The notes beneath the pieces are model-generated. The model was not told the origin of the DNA, searched no databases, and worked only from the letters and a program-made list of their open reading frames with translations. DNA of 64,000 nucleotides from Amoebophrya sp. A120. Its lineage: Eukaryota > Protista > Dinoflagellata. Positions 32,401 through 44,300 of this stretch are shown here, piece by piece. Within the stretch, counting starts at the first letter, position 1; the number at the start of each line of letters is the position of its first letter. The stretch is taken from contig CAJINV010000015.1 in assembly GCA_905178155.1 (NCBI GenBank), positions 2,067,730 through 2,131,729 of the forward strand, given 5' to 3'. Position numbers and translations under genes: made by a program.

Positions 32401-34029
32401 CTTCAACACCGGTGGCTGCAGACTGACAGACGCAGAGCAGGCGGACGCGGTGCCGCCTTCTAAAGGGATGCCGAAATCTCGACAGATGAATTCCTGCATC
32501 GATTTCATCCAAGATTTGTCCAACAGCAAGTCGTTTCCGCTGGTCATTCCCTTCAACACCAACTCCATTTTGATCACACCCTCGAGTTGGATTGGTTTTA
32601 CGCCAGCTCCTGAAGAGGAGGAAGAAGCCGCGCCTTTCGTCTCAAAAACGCGGCCTCTTTCCTTGCTGCAATATTTCGATTCGGCGATGAAGTAGTAGCC
32701 ACTGGAGCAATATGCATTGCAGATATGTCTGGGTCTAGAATAAACCTGTGATGCTGAATTGAGCATGATAGAAGCGCTTGCAATGGCAGCCAAGCATGAC
32801 AAGTTTTCGAGACACCGACCTGCTGATGCCTAGCACGCATCACAGATTGCGTTTTTGCATGACAAAGCAAGCCCCTCGTTACGTTTGCTGTTAATGCAAC
32901 ACTGATTTTCCAGGAATGCAAGACACGCATCACAAGTTCCACTGGTTCAGACGTATTTGCATTTGATAAGCAACCTGTGGATTTGCAGGCGTACTCCCCC
33001 GGGGTCGAGTATGGATGTGTCAGAATCGAAATCGACAAAGTAGTTGAAATGATTTGTCATGCATAAAGTGGATGCCAGTTGAAGCCCACTTTTCAAGTGG
33101 CGCATGACAAAAAATTCAGGTAGAACCTAAATCCAGTTTGTCATGCTGTTTGGGTAAGGGCGGCGCCTTTTGTCATGCTACTTTAGGAGCCCTATTTCTA
33201 CCCCTCAAGAGGCTTACAAATTGCCTCCCTTGCGTCCTCTGCAATAGAGACAATTTTTGCGCTCCACTTTATGCATGACAAACTATTAATTTGTTCAATT
33301 TAAACTTTGTCGATTTCGATCCTGACACATTCATATCGAGCAGCCTTCTTCGAGAGACGTTGCGGCGAGACCGTTTTTACACGTGCAGGGCTTGTTTATT
33401 GTTGGCGAAGGTGCTGCTGACTCGGCGTCGGCGTCGCCTTGTGCTGCTGCTGAAGCAGCTCCTGGTGCTGCGATTATTTCGGCCTGTGGGGTGGTTGCAG
33501 GCCCACCCTGTGCTAGGCCACCTCCCGCATCGGCTCCTGCACCAAGAACAGGAGATGCAGCTGCTTCTCCTGCGTCTGCTGCGCCAGCGGCTTCGTCTCC
33601 TGGTGCAGCAGCAGGACCATCCGCCGCTCCGGCTGCTCCCCCCGCAGCTGCATCTTTACCACCTGGCGCCACTGCACCTCCTCCTACTTCCTCTGCTGGC
33701 GTTTGTTGCAGAAGTTGCACGACTTCGCCTTTATTCCCCGCCGCATTTCCACTCGGTTTCTTTCTCCTTTTCTTTTTCTTCTTTCTCCCCGCATGTAACT
33801 GGCGGTCCGCTTCCAACAGCATGCTCCTACACGCGACGCTTCTTTGCGCCTTCCAGTGTTTGAAGTAGTTGGCGATCAGGAAGCCGTGGGTTTGCTGCAA
33901 GAAGGATGGCGTGAGAAAGAGGGTTTTAAGGAGGAGCATGGCGAATGGAGGGCGACGCATTCGCTCGTCGTGGCGGTGCGGTGCTGCCGCCCGATGATGC
34001 TGGTGTTTTACTTGATGTGGCCACCACAT
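17401..34029 (-). CDS. Giant (~3,400 aa) secreted multidomain protein: Cys-rich modules, acidic/Ala-rich linkers and a C-terminal alpha/beta-hydrolase (esterase/PHB-depolymerase-like); ~22 introns
   Basis: 20 TIR-introner junctions join in frame under the element+5-nt rule; two further non-TIR introns (~26011-26123, ~31510-31835); GFSGGGAMAYRLAC nucleophile elbow and HGSYD; start ATG uncertain (34029/33960/33939). Confidence 0.75.
17814..18888. mobile_element. Family-H TIR introner carrying a ~920-bp nested insertion
   Basis: Both halves match the intact copy 27023-27173; TSD TTTCT/CTTCT; junction PFEK|MEML. Confidence 0.88.
17857..18775 (-). mobile_element. Putative 5'-truncated non-LTR retroelement fragment with a (CGAA)n tail
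   Basis: Absent from the family-H consensus; (TTCG)5 at 17858-17877; truncated ORF end (..EELRREAAKISHHAPK*) at 18682-18775. Confidence 0.5.
18952..19160. mobile_element. Family-E TIR introner
   Basis: TATCCCACGAAAAAACTGTTTCACTGTGA...TCACAGTGAAACAGTTTCTTCTTGCGATA; TSD TCCGC/TCCGC. Confidence 0.93.
20080..20315. mobile_element. Family-D TIR introner
   Basis: TATGGGGTTCTCAAGAGTTACATTCTCAAC...GTTGAGAATGTAACATTTGAGAATTCCATA; TSD ACTGA/CCTGA. Confidence 0.92.
20373..20643. mobile_element. Family-A TIR introner
   Basis: Family-A TIRs; TSD TCCAA/TCCAA. Confidence 0.92.
22374..22482. mobile_element. Family-F TIR introner (109 bp, stop-free in host frame)
   Basis: TATCAAGGAAAAAACAC...GTGTTTTTTCCTGGATA; TSD TCCCC/TCCCC. 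Confidence 0.92.
22614..23505. mobile_element. Family-B TIR introner with nested insertion
   Basis: TCT(sic)CCTCTGCAAAAGTATCG...CTTTGCACTGCATA; TSD TAGCA/TAGCA. Confidence 0.88.
22741..23476 (-). mobile_element. Nested GC-rich element with asymmetric inverted repeat (Helentron/Helitron2-like)
   Basis: GTAGTGAGGTC (22774-22784, subterminal) and GACCTCACTAC (23466-23476, terminal); small CCGCC/GGCGG hairpin; no TSD. Confidence 0.55.
23548..23800. mobile_element. Family-A TIR introner
   Basis: Family-A TIRs; TSD TGCAC/TGCAC. Confidence 0.93.
24458..24616. mobile_element. Family-B TIR introner
   Basis: Family-B TIRs; TSD CGTGT/CGTGT. Confidence 0.92.
25092..25200. mobile_element. Family-F TIR introner (109 bp, stop-free in host frame)
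   Basis: Homologous to 22374-22482; TSD TCGCA/TCGCA. Confidence 0.92.
25718..25937. mobile_element. Family-D TIR introner
   Basis: TATGGAGTTCTCAAATGTTACA TIR; TSD GCCGC/GCCGC. Confidence 0.93.
26270..26575. mobile_element. Family-G TIR introner
   Basis: TATTGCAGTGAATAAGGCCCCCACCCCC...GGGGGTGGGGGCATTTTTCACTGTAGTA; TSD ACCGA/ACCGA. Confidence 0.92.
27023..27173. mobile_element. Family-H TIR introner (stop-free in host frame)
   Basis: TATCCGCAGTAAATTTCCCG...CGGGAAATTTGTATTGCATA; TSD AGGAT/CGGAT. Confidence 0.88.
27845..27994. mobile_element. Family-B TIR introner
   Basis: Family-B TIRs; TSD CGGTG/CGGTG. Confidence 0.93.
28099..28326. mobile_element. Family-J TIR introner
   Basis: TATGAGAGTGCACAGC...GTTGTGCACTGTCGTA; TSD AGACG/AGACG; homologous to 46113-46343. 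Confidence 0.9.
28538..28673. mobile_element. Family-B TIR introner
   Basis: Family-B TIRs; TSD GGAGT/GGAGG. Confidence 0.9.
29061..29269. mobile_element. Family-E-like TIR introner
   Basis: TATCCAAGAAAAAAACTGTG...CACAGTTTTTTTCTTGGATA; TSD TTCAG/TTCAG. Confidence 0.92.
29325..29511. mobile_element. Degenerate family-H-like introner
   Basis: TAT...ATA ends; internal similarity to 27023-27173; flanks TTTTT/TCTTC; frame VVK|SAKNLDVV restored. Confidence 0.7.
31165..31314. mobile_element. Family-B TIR introner
   Basis: Family-B TIRs; TSD TGGCA/TGGCA. Confidence 0.92.
32711..32968. mobile_element. Family-A TIR introner
   Basis: Family-A TIRs; TSD AGCAA/AGCAA. Confidence 0.92.
33010..33335. mobile_element. 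Family-C TIR introner
   Basis: Family-C TIRs; TSD TCGAG/TCGAG. Confidence 0.93.
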
Positions 34030-34161
34030 TGTCGTGGGTGTAGCTCTACTGGAGAGTTTTTTATTGGGAGGTTGAATACCGCCACGCGCACAGTTCTCGC
34101 GTCCAAAAAACGCGGCCAACCCTTACCCGCTGTCAATGTGCTGCCGCGCAGCGATGACGAC

Positions 34162-34469
34162 TATGGAACTGTCAGAATTGAAATTAACAAAGTTGAAATA
34201 ATTTGTGATGCATAAAATCTGTACCAGTTGGACCCACAGTTTCCAATCGGCGCATGACAAATTTTCCTGGCCTCTGAAGCAAGTCTGTCATGCTGTTTAG
34301 GGCAAGATGGCTGCTCCCTGTCATGCTAGTCAGCAGCCCGATGCTTGACCCTTACCAGCACTAGAATCTGCCTCCCTTGCGCCTTCAGCAATAGAATCAG
34401 TCTCTGTGTCGCATTTTATGCATTACAAATTATTTCAACTTTGTCGATTTCAACTCTGACACATCCATA
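34162..34469. mobile_element. Family-C TIR element upstream of the probable start codon (5' UTR or intergenic)
   Basis: Family-C TIRs; TSD ACGAC/GCGAC. Confidence 0.9.
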
Positions 34470-35126
34470 GCGACTATGAAGGCGTTGAGAAGAGGACACA
34501 TTTTGCAGTTTGCTTAGCCACCGGCCCCGGACGAGCTAGTGTTACGATTAGGAGGGACGGGAGATTTTGGTTTTTAGTACTACGCTCCGGCACTTCTTCA
34601 TCGCAAATACGCTCCTCCTGCGACTCCTCTTTTTGCTCTCAATTGGCAGAAGTAAGGACCCACCAGTGTGTTTGTGTACGCCTCCAGCTACTACAGATGC
34701 GGCGTTTCAATACCTAACGCTCCAAAAATACAATAAATCTCATCTCTCCATCGCATAGCACCATCGCGAATAATCTTACTCGCGAGGGTGCAGAGGACCA
34801 CACCACTCAACAACGCATCTGATGTGTGCTCAACAACGAGAAATAACAAGAAGATGCCACCAGGCCGCTCAAAGCCGATGCAAGCACAAGCAGCAGGCCG
34901 TGCTGCGGTTTTGTCAACGTCTCTTTGTGTTTCTGCGTTTTCAACAGTGACTTCTTGTTATTTTTAGTCTATCTCTAGAGTGATATCGTTCTGTCTTGAA
35001 TTATTATTATTGTGCATTACAGTGTGAAGCAGCATCATTCAAGCTGCGGGTCCAACGTTGTAGACGTTCCCTTCGTTCCAAGCAAAGAATCGATTCTACA
35101 ACGTCAATCCTCATCTGCACCCCCGC

Positions 35127-36555
35127 CTATTCCTCTGCAACCGCCCCGTCCGATGCCACGACACCACCCCCAAACGCCGAGTCGTTCGCGGTCATTTTTT
35201 CAATTGCCGCAATCATCTCCTCCTCGGTAACACCCTCGGATTCCAAAATGGCCTTGAATTCCCCCAAGTCCTGACTGTTTCCCTCGCCAAAGAAGAACGG
35301 AAGCAGGACAAAACAACCGATGGTGGCCCTGGATTTTGTTTGTAGCTTGATGGATTTTCAATTGATGTAAGTCGGCGTCGCTAGTATCTATGTCAAGGAC
35401 GAATAGGAAAACGAAAATAAATGCGTGCTGACAGCTCGTTTCTTTCACGGAAGTCCCACATGATGAAGACAAAGTCGAAGCATAATTCTCATACCATCCC
35501 AACATCCAAGCGACCGCAATCAGCAAGACCCGTCGCTCCGTTTTGTTGCTCTGCGGCACCCATTCTGACCGGGGGTCAGGGTTCAGATGGAACAACCGCA
35601 TCATCAGCTTGTGGTTCGGAAGCCACTGCCTGGTCGCGCGCCCTTTCGCTCTCTCCTGTCCGAAGGTGCGAAGCCGCTCGAGGGATGGAATGTTGTTTGG
35701 CACAGCCGAGCCAGAAGCTTCTGCTGATGACGATCGACCGGGATCTGTCATGCTGATCCCGCTACGAGACGAAGTTGCGTTCATCGGCATATGATCCCGC
35801 AGCCGTCCCATCTGCCGCCACTGGTGTTCCGTGTAGTTGTGCAGTGGCTGGTAGGAGGAACTTGTGTTGCTGTAAAGAGAAGAAGCGTTTGCGTCTGCTC
35901 TCCTCGTGAACCGATCCGCGAACTGCTTGGCGAGACGGCGTTTTTTCCAGAAGAAGGACTTCAGTCTGTACGGGAGTGTTTTCTTGTACATTTCGTACCG
36001 TTCTAACCGCTGCTGTGGCGAAATGCCGGCGTTCGAGGTGCAATCCATATCGGTCAGATCGCGGTGAAAAGTACCGAGTTCTGTAGTTTGGTGATTTTGC
36101 ATCACCCGCATCGGGTCGAACACTTGCCGGATCGGCGGGCCGGGGAAGGAGCGCTTTTGGGTAGTTATTGCGTGACCACGACGACAGTATCCTCTTCCTG
36201 CCCGTCCGATTGCATCTCCTGGGTTGGCTATGCTTTGCGAGAGGGAAGATGAAGTAGAAGACTGTGATGGATGCTGTAGGTGCAGGCGACGCGCTGGAGG
36301 AAGAGGAAGTACGACTCCACATAGCTGACGTCGCTGCGCTGTTGGCACGACCGATCGCGATGCTGAGCCACCGGGGATGCTGTTCAGATACAACAGAGAA
36401 GGTTGCTGCAGTGTGGCCTGCGTCGTGCGAACAAGCGCTGGAAAGGAGGACGAAGACGCTGCCATCATGCTGGCCCTCCAAAAACTGCTTCTAAGGACAC
36501 AACGCTGCAACGGATCTGCACAGCTAACTGCTTGCTTTGGGTTTTTGGACCACAC
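35127..36555 (-). CDS. Hypothetical protein, possibly mitochondrion-targeted; intron ~35272-35485 and last exon DLGEFKAILESEG..AEE*
   Basis: Long ORF with Ser/Arg-rich, acid-poor N-terminus; CAG acceptor before a coding-like last exon; start uncertain (ATG ~36469). Confidence 0.55.
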
Positions 36556-36688
36556 AGTGTAAGATTGGTTCCTAAACCCTGAAACCTAAACTAAACCCTT
36601 TCTGGGTCGATCTTGAGCAGCAGATGAGGGCGGTGGCGCGGATCGAAGGTGAGACGGTCGCGTCGGCGGCGGACCACACAGTGTAAGA
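36547..36688 (-). mobile_element. 106-bp insertion with 18-bp TSD and telomere-like tail
   Basis: GGACCACACAGTGTAAGA at 36547-36564 and 36671-36688; CCTAAACCCTGAAACCTAAACTAAACCCT inside. Confidence 0.8.
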
Positions 36689-36929
36689 AAGTAAACTCGC
36701 TCTGGCCACACCCCCCTTCAGCCCAACTCTCGTTCTATTTTCTCTAACAAGGCACGAGCTTCTCCCCTTTAATTTTCAATACGCACAGCAAGAACCTGCT
36801 CCAACAACACTCTTCTTGGCGCGGCCGGGCAGATTCAGATCTTCATGTTCTGTAGTTGCATTCAGATAAAATTGAATAGCACTACACACAGAGACTCAGA
36901 TGAACAACAACAGGCATTCGCTTACTGCC

Positions 36930-37880
36930 AGCCTGGCCAGGGAGCAAGGTAAGGGACCAACCCGGCCGAAATGTGAATACAAACAGCCAGCAGGCCCCCA
37001 CCCCCTTTACCTTAAACGAAAAAAAAACACGACACACGCGAGGGCGGCCCGCGCGCTTTCTTCCGCGCCACGCTCCCTCGAATTGCACGCCCCGACCGCC
37101 CAAGGTCTCTGTGGGCTGCAATAACGGGGCGCAAGGTAGGGGAGGCGGAACACACGGGCGGCCGGGGCCAGGGCGGTCGGCCGGACGAAGGAGTTGGACG
37201 AAGGGCAGCGGCCAGGCCGAAGAATCCTGCGGCCGCGCCGATGCATGAACGAGGCGCCGCCAAGCTGGCAATGGGTGCGACGATAAATACACGCCACCCG
37301 CCAAAAAAGCCCGCCCAAATTCGGCGGCGGGCGCACAAAACCAGCAAGCCAGGTCGGGAGCGGAAGCCCCGCCCCAGTCCCGCCAGCGGGGCGATCGCTC
37401 ATCGGCGCCGCCGCTAAGGCCCGGGGGCGTTCTCGATGTAGATGAAACACACACACGCCACGCCACACACTTGGCCCGGCGGGGCCAAACCAGGGCAATG
37501 CGTGCAAAAGGCGGCGGCCCCCCTGGTGGGGCGCGCGCTTCTGCCAGCCCGCGCCCCCTTGGGTGTTTTAGATAGGCCGCAAGGTGCTGCACTAGTCGCG
37601 GCGTTTTCGAAGCATTCCGGAACCACGCCCGCGCCCGCAATTCGTGGGGTCGCCGCCTTGCTGGGGGATGCGGCCGGGTGGAATCCCTTCGCGCTCGGTG
37701 TTACGGCGCCCGCGCCGTCGCTTACCACCTAGCCGCTCCGCTGGGAGGCGCTCGCCCGCGGCCACCCGCGTTCCAGGCGGCCGCGAGCCCCCCACCTTTT
37801 CCCCGGCCGCTGGCGCCATTTGGCCAACGGGCGCCGAAGCTCCCCAGCGCGCGCGCGGCGCCCTACGGTTCCGGGGCGTT
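36930..37880. mobile_element. GC-rich intergenic block, probably a non-autonomous element
   Basis: Sharp GC rise; resembles the nested GC-rich inserts; CGCCC..GGGCG hairpin near the right end; ends not defined. Confidence 0.35.
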
Positions 37881-38337
37881 TGTAGTTGGTCTGCAAGCCA
37901 TTGTGGTATTATTGCGCGGCAGTAAAGTAGAAAGCGGCAGCACACGATGCGTGACCTCCGTTGGCGCCGCAACGAACACAAGCAGCGTTCTAACCGATTT
38001 ATCGAGCAGCATCTGTCTCGTTGTCTGTTTCTGTATCGGAAGTCGTTATCAATGAGTGTGATCATGCTCGTCATTCGCATTCTCATATTTTCGGAGCATG
38101 GGCAAAAAAACCGGAGGATCCAAAACCAAAGTTGATTTTCTTCGCATCGGGGCACTTTACTTTATTTACACACGACACGCAACAGCCAGCTCTTCCAGCA
38201 CAGGACGCAAGCACCGGCTGGCGTTGCGTCATCGAGCAACAGAAGAGTTGTTGAGTGCCACCAGTACAAAGCAAAATAGGACCACTGAGGCCAACTGCAA
38301 CCAATGAATTTAAATATCCAGCAACGCTACTTTTTCC

Positions 38338-41300
38338 TCACAACTCTATTCCTCCCTTCACCAACCCCAGCCCGAACTTCTTCAAAAACTTCTCATTTTC
38401 CCCGTTCCACAGCTCCGCTTCCGCCTTCCGCTTTTCCACGACAAAGTCGCACAACTGGTCCCACTCCGGGTGTCGTTTTTGCCGGATCCCCTGAAAATTC
38501 ACGTAGTAGTCCCCGTCAAAGTGCCAGCCGTCCGGAAGCCGCCCGCTGTTGACGTTGAACCCAAATTTTTCATCGTGCAACCCGTGCAAGTGGAGCTCCG
38601 CCTCGCTCGGGTACTTGGGAACCTGCTCGAACAGTTGAAAAGTGCAGTTTTTGGAGAGGAGAACTTGGTCGAAATAGGTGGTGAGTTTTTCGTGGAAGTG
38701 TTTTTGTGCTTGTTGGTCACCTTCTCCTACCGCAGGTACGTAGAGCCAGAAAAGAATTTGCTCCAGCGAAGAAGGCACCAATTCGGCATCATTGCTGCCG
38801 TCAATGATCGTCCAGTTGTTCGGCTCCCCTTGTTCACCTAGCCTCAAAGACCCGGACTTGATCCTTTTCAATGTCGGAACCGTCACCGGTGCGGCGTCGA
38901 TTGTGAAGCTGCTAGAAGTTGTACTAGCTCCTTCTTCTTTGGTACTGCAATAGCTGTTCATCTTACAACCCGCACCAGCCTCCGCCGTTAACACGTTTTT
39001 CAATTCGATCGAGATCAAATTTTTGTTCCTTACAAGCTCTTTCGTCAGAGTCACTTTCAGCTTTTCGAAGTCGAACAACTTCTGTTTCACGTCAATTTTC
39101 ACGATCATCAAGTCTTTCGCTGAAAACAATTCTGACGATCTGTCGCTGATGTTGTTGTCTAAGCAGCCCGGCTATGGATTGCAAAAGTGTCTGGGTCTGG
39201 AAGAATGCAAGATTTGTCATGCATATTTCTCATGACCCACGATGCCTGTAATGCATGCCCCAGCATCACAGGTTTTTTGAGGGATTCTTGATGCCCATTC
39301 CGCATGACAAATGCCCTCTCCGCGTAGCAAAAGTTAGACTCTGTTTGCTGCTCATGCAACACAAATTTTTTAGACATCGAGACACAGCATCACAAGTTGC
39401 ATTCTTCCCGACCCAGACATTTTTACATTTGATACCGGTCTTGACACTAATTTCTCCTTCGCCAAATGCGCGACGGCAAAGGCGTCGGATATGGAGTTCT
39501 CAAATGTTACATTTTCAACTGTTGTCATGCAAGACTCTCATCAGTATCCACATCATCAAGCTGCTTCGCATGACAAATTCCTGAAGGGCTAAACAGCACC
39601 TGAATCTGTGTCCAGCCTGTAATGCAAAAAGCGAAATCTTCCCCCTTGCGCTTTTGCTATTCTTGCATTACAAATTCATGTAACACTTGAGAATGTAACA
39701 TTTGAGAACGCCATATCGGAAGCCGATGCGGAGGTGCGGCTGCTGAAGTACTCATCCGCTTTTAAAAGTTGCGCTTTGGGATTCACCGCTTTCACGAAGT
39801 GTTCCAGTTGCTGGACCGCGATGGCGGTTTGGTAGGAGGTGGAGTTCGGGAGAAGCGCAACGGTGCAAAAGCCAGGCTCGAGAAGGGATCTGTGGAAGGG
39901 GATTTAGTAACGATGTTGTGATGCTGCGACATGTAAAGAAGCAACAAAAGAAAATTGTGTAAATGCAGCTGGCACCAGATCTGCTCCTGTTGGTCATTAT
40001 ACAAAAACGAACATGCGTCGCCAGTATCCTGATCAACACCAAGAGAGAAAGACGACCCATGCTGTTCTTACCTCACGGAATCCGGTAGGAAGTTTTTGAC
40101 CAGTTGAGAGGAAATCTGCGACTTTTCCTCGGCAGAACAAGAACTCCCCGAGGACGGCAAGACGGTCGATGGCGTGAAGATCCCCAGAAAGTCCCGCAAA
40201 TCCGTGACACAGTGGGCGTTTGTTGGCGGAATCAAAGCAAGCCCCGAATCGTTCAGAATCACGGCGTTTTTCTCCGGGTAGTGGAGCGACGAGGAAGCAG
40301 ACGCTGTATTTACGTTTTCCACACTGTTCCCTGTGCAGGAGCTTGTTGTACTATCTCCTCCGATTTTATTTGCCAGAGCTAGTCGTTCCCTGACACTGAA
40401 GAACTTTTTTTTCTCCCTCTTGGCCAAGTTTTCGGCGAATTCGAACGTCACCGTGCTATTCGGCAACGTGTTATGCATTGCAAATATGTCTGGGTCATCT
40501 GGAAAATCAAAATTGGAAGTTGTATTGCGTGTCCGGGATTCCACAAAATTAAATCTGTATTGCATAAAAGCAACGAAAGCACCGAAATTTGTCATGCAAA
40601 AGCGCAGTTTGTAATGCGCACTAAGCATCAGAAAGCGTCTGAACAATTTGTCGTGCTACACTGCTCTTACAGACGCAGTTGCTCATGGCCATTCAGCATT
40701 ACAGGTTTCCAGACCCAGACATATTTGCATTTGATACGTGTTGATCCACAGCAGATTCGCCTCGCTGTAGCTTTCCGTCAAATCTCCAGGGGTTATCACA
40801 CCAAAAAGTGTTAAAGTTAACGGTTTTCATAGATGATTGCAAATATGCATGACAAATTTTCCGCAGCATAAATGCTATGCATGACATCGGTGGTCTACGG
40901 GCAGGCTGTCCCGGTGGCGCTTTGGCCAATCGTACAGAGAAAAAAACAAAAAATACAAGTTAGGTAGGAATACAATTGAAGGTTATGAATGAAGTCAAAA
41001 GTCGTAGAGACAGTATTAAAGTAGTTCCTACGGGCATGGTCACGATTGGGTGACCATGCCCGCATGGTAGAGACAGTATTAAAGTAGTCACGAATGCTAT
41101 GCATGACAAATTTGGGCACGTTTTGTGATGCGTTACTGCATCACGAATTCCGCTAACGTTAACACTTTTTCCCGTGATAGGCGTCCCGAAGGCGGCTCGC
41201 CGGCTGTTCGGCGGCATTCGGGCTAGATGAGAGTCCGTGAGGGAAACCGTGTTGAGGAAGTTTTGCAACGCCGGTGTAGTAGTTGTATTAGTGGTTGATG

Positions 41301-44300
41301 AGGAAAGAACGTCTGCTGTTTTATTTCTACCAGTTCCCGTTCCGAGAGGACCCATCGCTGTTGAAGATTTTGCGAAAAACGACTCCTCCACCCCGAGTTA
41401 TCAAATGCAAAAGTGTCTGGGTCTGGAACCTTGCCAGGTTTGTCATGCATATTTTGAATGACTCATCATGATGTCCTCTGTGATGCATGCTCCCGAGTGA
41501 CAGAATTTTAGAGGGCTTTGTGATGGCTCTAACGCATGAGAAATGCCCTCTCCGCGTAGCACAAACTGGAGTCCTGTTGCTGGTCATGCAATGCAAATTT
41601 TTTTAGGATCCAGAGACAGCATCACAAGTTTAGAATCTTCCAGACCCAGACATTTTTGCATTTGATACAAACAGTTCACGGACAATCGGCGAAGCGAATT
41701 CTGGTTCCGCGGGGGAGACTCGTAAACCGATGGTGGATATAACCTGCTCATGTATTTTTACAATCTCAGACATTACCACAACTAGAAGATGGAAATCTGT
41801 TATGCAAGACCTGCATGATCATCTAGCCCACTCCTACAGGATTGCGCATGACAAGTTTCGGAGTCCCATCAAAGCGCACTACAATTATCTTGCGAAATTT
41901 GTATTGCAGAAAGTGGAACGCAGTGTGAGTCTGTCATGCTCATCGTGCCAGACAAAGCCCAAGCCCTATTTTTGTAACGTTTGAGATGGTAACCGATTTG
42001 AGCAGGTCATAGTGGAAAGCCAGGGATTCGGAATGCGGACGAAGAACGAACAAACTGCGTCGGCTATTACACTGAAAAATGGCCCCACCCCCAAAGTTGC
42101 AAAAATTTGTGATGCGAAGCTTCCAAATGAACACTTTTGGTCATGCATGAAAGGAGTATGAACCTTTCTGGTGCAGAGTCTAGGCGTAGGCGTGTATCGC
42201 ATCGCTTGATGCATGACAAGCGCCGCTTTTGCTGGGATCTTTTGCAATGCAAATTTTTGCTATTCACTTTCACGATTGGAATAAATCTGTGATGCTGATA
42301 GATGCAAGAGGGCGAGTGTTTCACTTGGCAAGGTTTGCAATACAAATGCTCTCAATGATTCGGGAGTGCTGGGGGAATTTTTTATTGCAATATCGGCTTC
42401 TGCTCCTGTCGGAGGTGGTGCTGTCGCATATCCTGTGCAAAAGTATCGCGCTCGTAGTAATTGCAACCATGCATTACAAATCTTTTTTGAAGGTAAATGA
42501 ATCCGCATTGCAAATTTTATTTCTCATGCTGAGAAAATTTGTCATTCAATTTATACTATCACGATGCTTTTGCATTCGATATCGCATCAGAAACTACAAC
42601 TTCCGGACTCCCACTCAGCGTCGCCTTACAGTAGACCGCGTTTTTGATCTGCAGTGCGGTTTTCGGCACGGCGCTGTTGCCAGAAAACGGAGTCGCGGAC
42701 ACCACTTTCATCCACAGTTCTGTAGTTCCAGATGATAAAGTTGTGCTGGAGGTCCCATATGGGAGTGTCAGGATTGAAATCGTCAAAGTTGAAATGGTTT
42801 GTCATGCATAAAATGCGACGCAAAAAGTGACTCTATTGCAGAGGACGCATGGGAGGCAGATCATAGTCCTGGTAAGTGTCAAAAGTTGGACTGCTGACTA
42901 GCATGACAGAAGGCAGCTCTTTTGCCCTAAACCGCATGACAGACTCGCTTACAGGACCGGGAAGTTTTGTCATGCACCGACTACAGGCTGTAGCTCTAAC
43001 TAGTATCCGTTTTATGCATGGCAAACTATTTCAACTCTGACGATTTCAATCCTGACACCTCCATATCCCAGCAGTAGCCATCTTCGCGGAAAAATTCTTC
43101 AAATCCTTACACGTATACTTGATGAAGAAATCTTCCTTTTCATCACTTTCACTGCTTCCAGAAGATGATCCACTAGCTTTCATCGCTTTCCTCGAATACA
43201 GCGCCAGTTGACTCGCATGTGGCTTCAGGTCCGTTACCTTAGAACCGATGAAGCAGAGGGAAGAAGTTGTGGAGGTGGCCGAGCTGGAGGAGGAAACAGT
43301 TCCGTATTGCTTCAACTCACTGGTCAAGGACGCAGACACTTCCGTTAGCTTACTGGTCGGTAAACACAAAACCACGCCCGTGGTGTGGTCGGCGGTGGTG
43401 GAGGAGAGCTCCTTCAGATGTTGAACAGGCTTGGTTTTTGATGATGAATCATCCTGTGTCGTTGATATTTCCTCCCCTTCCACGGCCATTTTGTTCGAGG
43501 AATTTTCACTGCTCGTCGTCTCTCCGAATGAAAAGGGACTCGGAAACTTGTCCCCCGTGATCCGGATCGCCTCTCCCGGCGCGCGGGCGGCCGCTTTGGT
43601 GTACAGAAACGAGTCGCCCCAGACGACTTTTGTAGACGATAGTGTTGTAGTTGAGCTAGTAGTCGTTGTGCCTGTGCTGTCACTTGGTAAAAAAACACGA
43701 CTCTCGTCCACCACCGGTATTTCTACCTTCACGGTTACTAACACCGTTCCGGCTTGTGGTTTAGAAATGGTGGTGTCCAGTGGGTATCCGAAACTGTCCA
43801 GAGCCTCGATTTTGATGTTGTTATCGTCTCCGATCTGTTTTGTCACGTGCTCCCCCATATGCAGTGCAAAAGTATTGCACTCGTCGTAATTGCTATCGAT
43901 ATCGTGCATGACAAATATCGCTTTTTAGGTAAAATAGCATTACAAATTGCATTTTTCTTCTTGAGAAAATTTGTGATGCAATTCCTACTAGTACAATACT
44001 TTTGCAATGCATACCCCAACTGGGAAAAAAGCCACTCCCTGTACGCTGTCGCAAGGGATTTACCGAGAATGCTGTCGAAGAGGGGGAAGATAGTGGTTTT
44101 GGTACTAGGACAAGTGGTAGCTGAAGCATTTTGATTCATCTCTATTCCTGCGGATGAAGTAGATGTTGCTTTCACCATAAACGCGTCGACGCAGTGTTTC
44201 GCCAGGGCGATCTTGCTCAGCAGCTCGTGGTTCATTTGTCGTGTTGGAGACGAGTTATCGGATGCTGATGTTGAGGAAAACACCGTCGGTATGGTCCGAG

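Noticed and set aside
36882-37925. Overlapping ORFs in GC-rich blocks (also 48119-49480 and 57713-58577)
   Set aside because: They are open in many frames because of GC content and repeats, show no protein-like signal, and two of the blocks lie inside introns.
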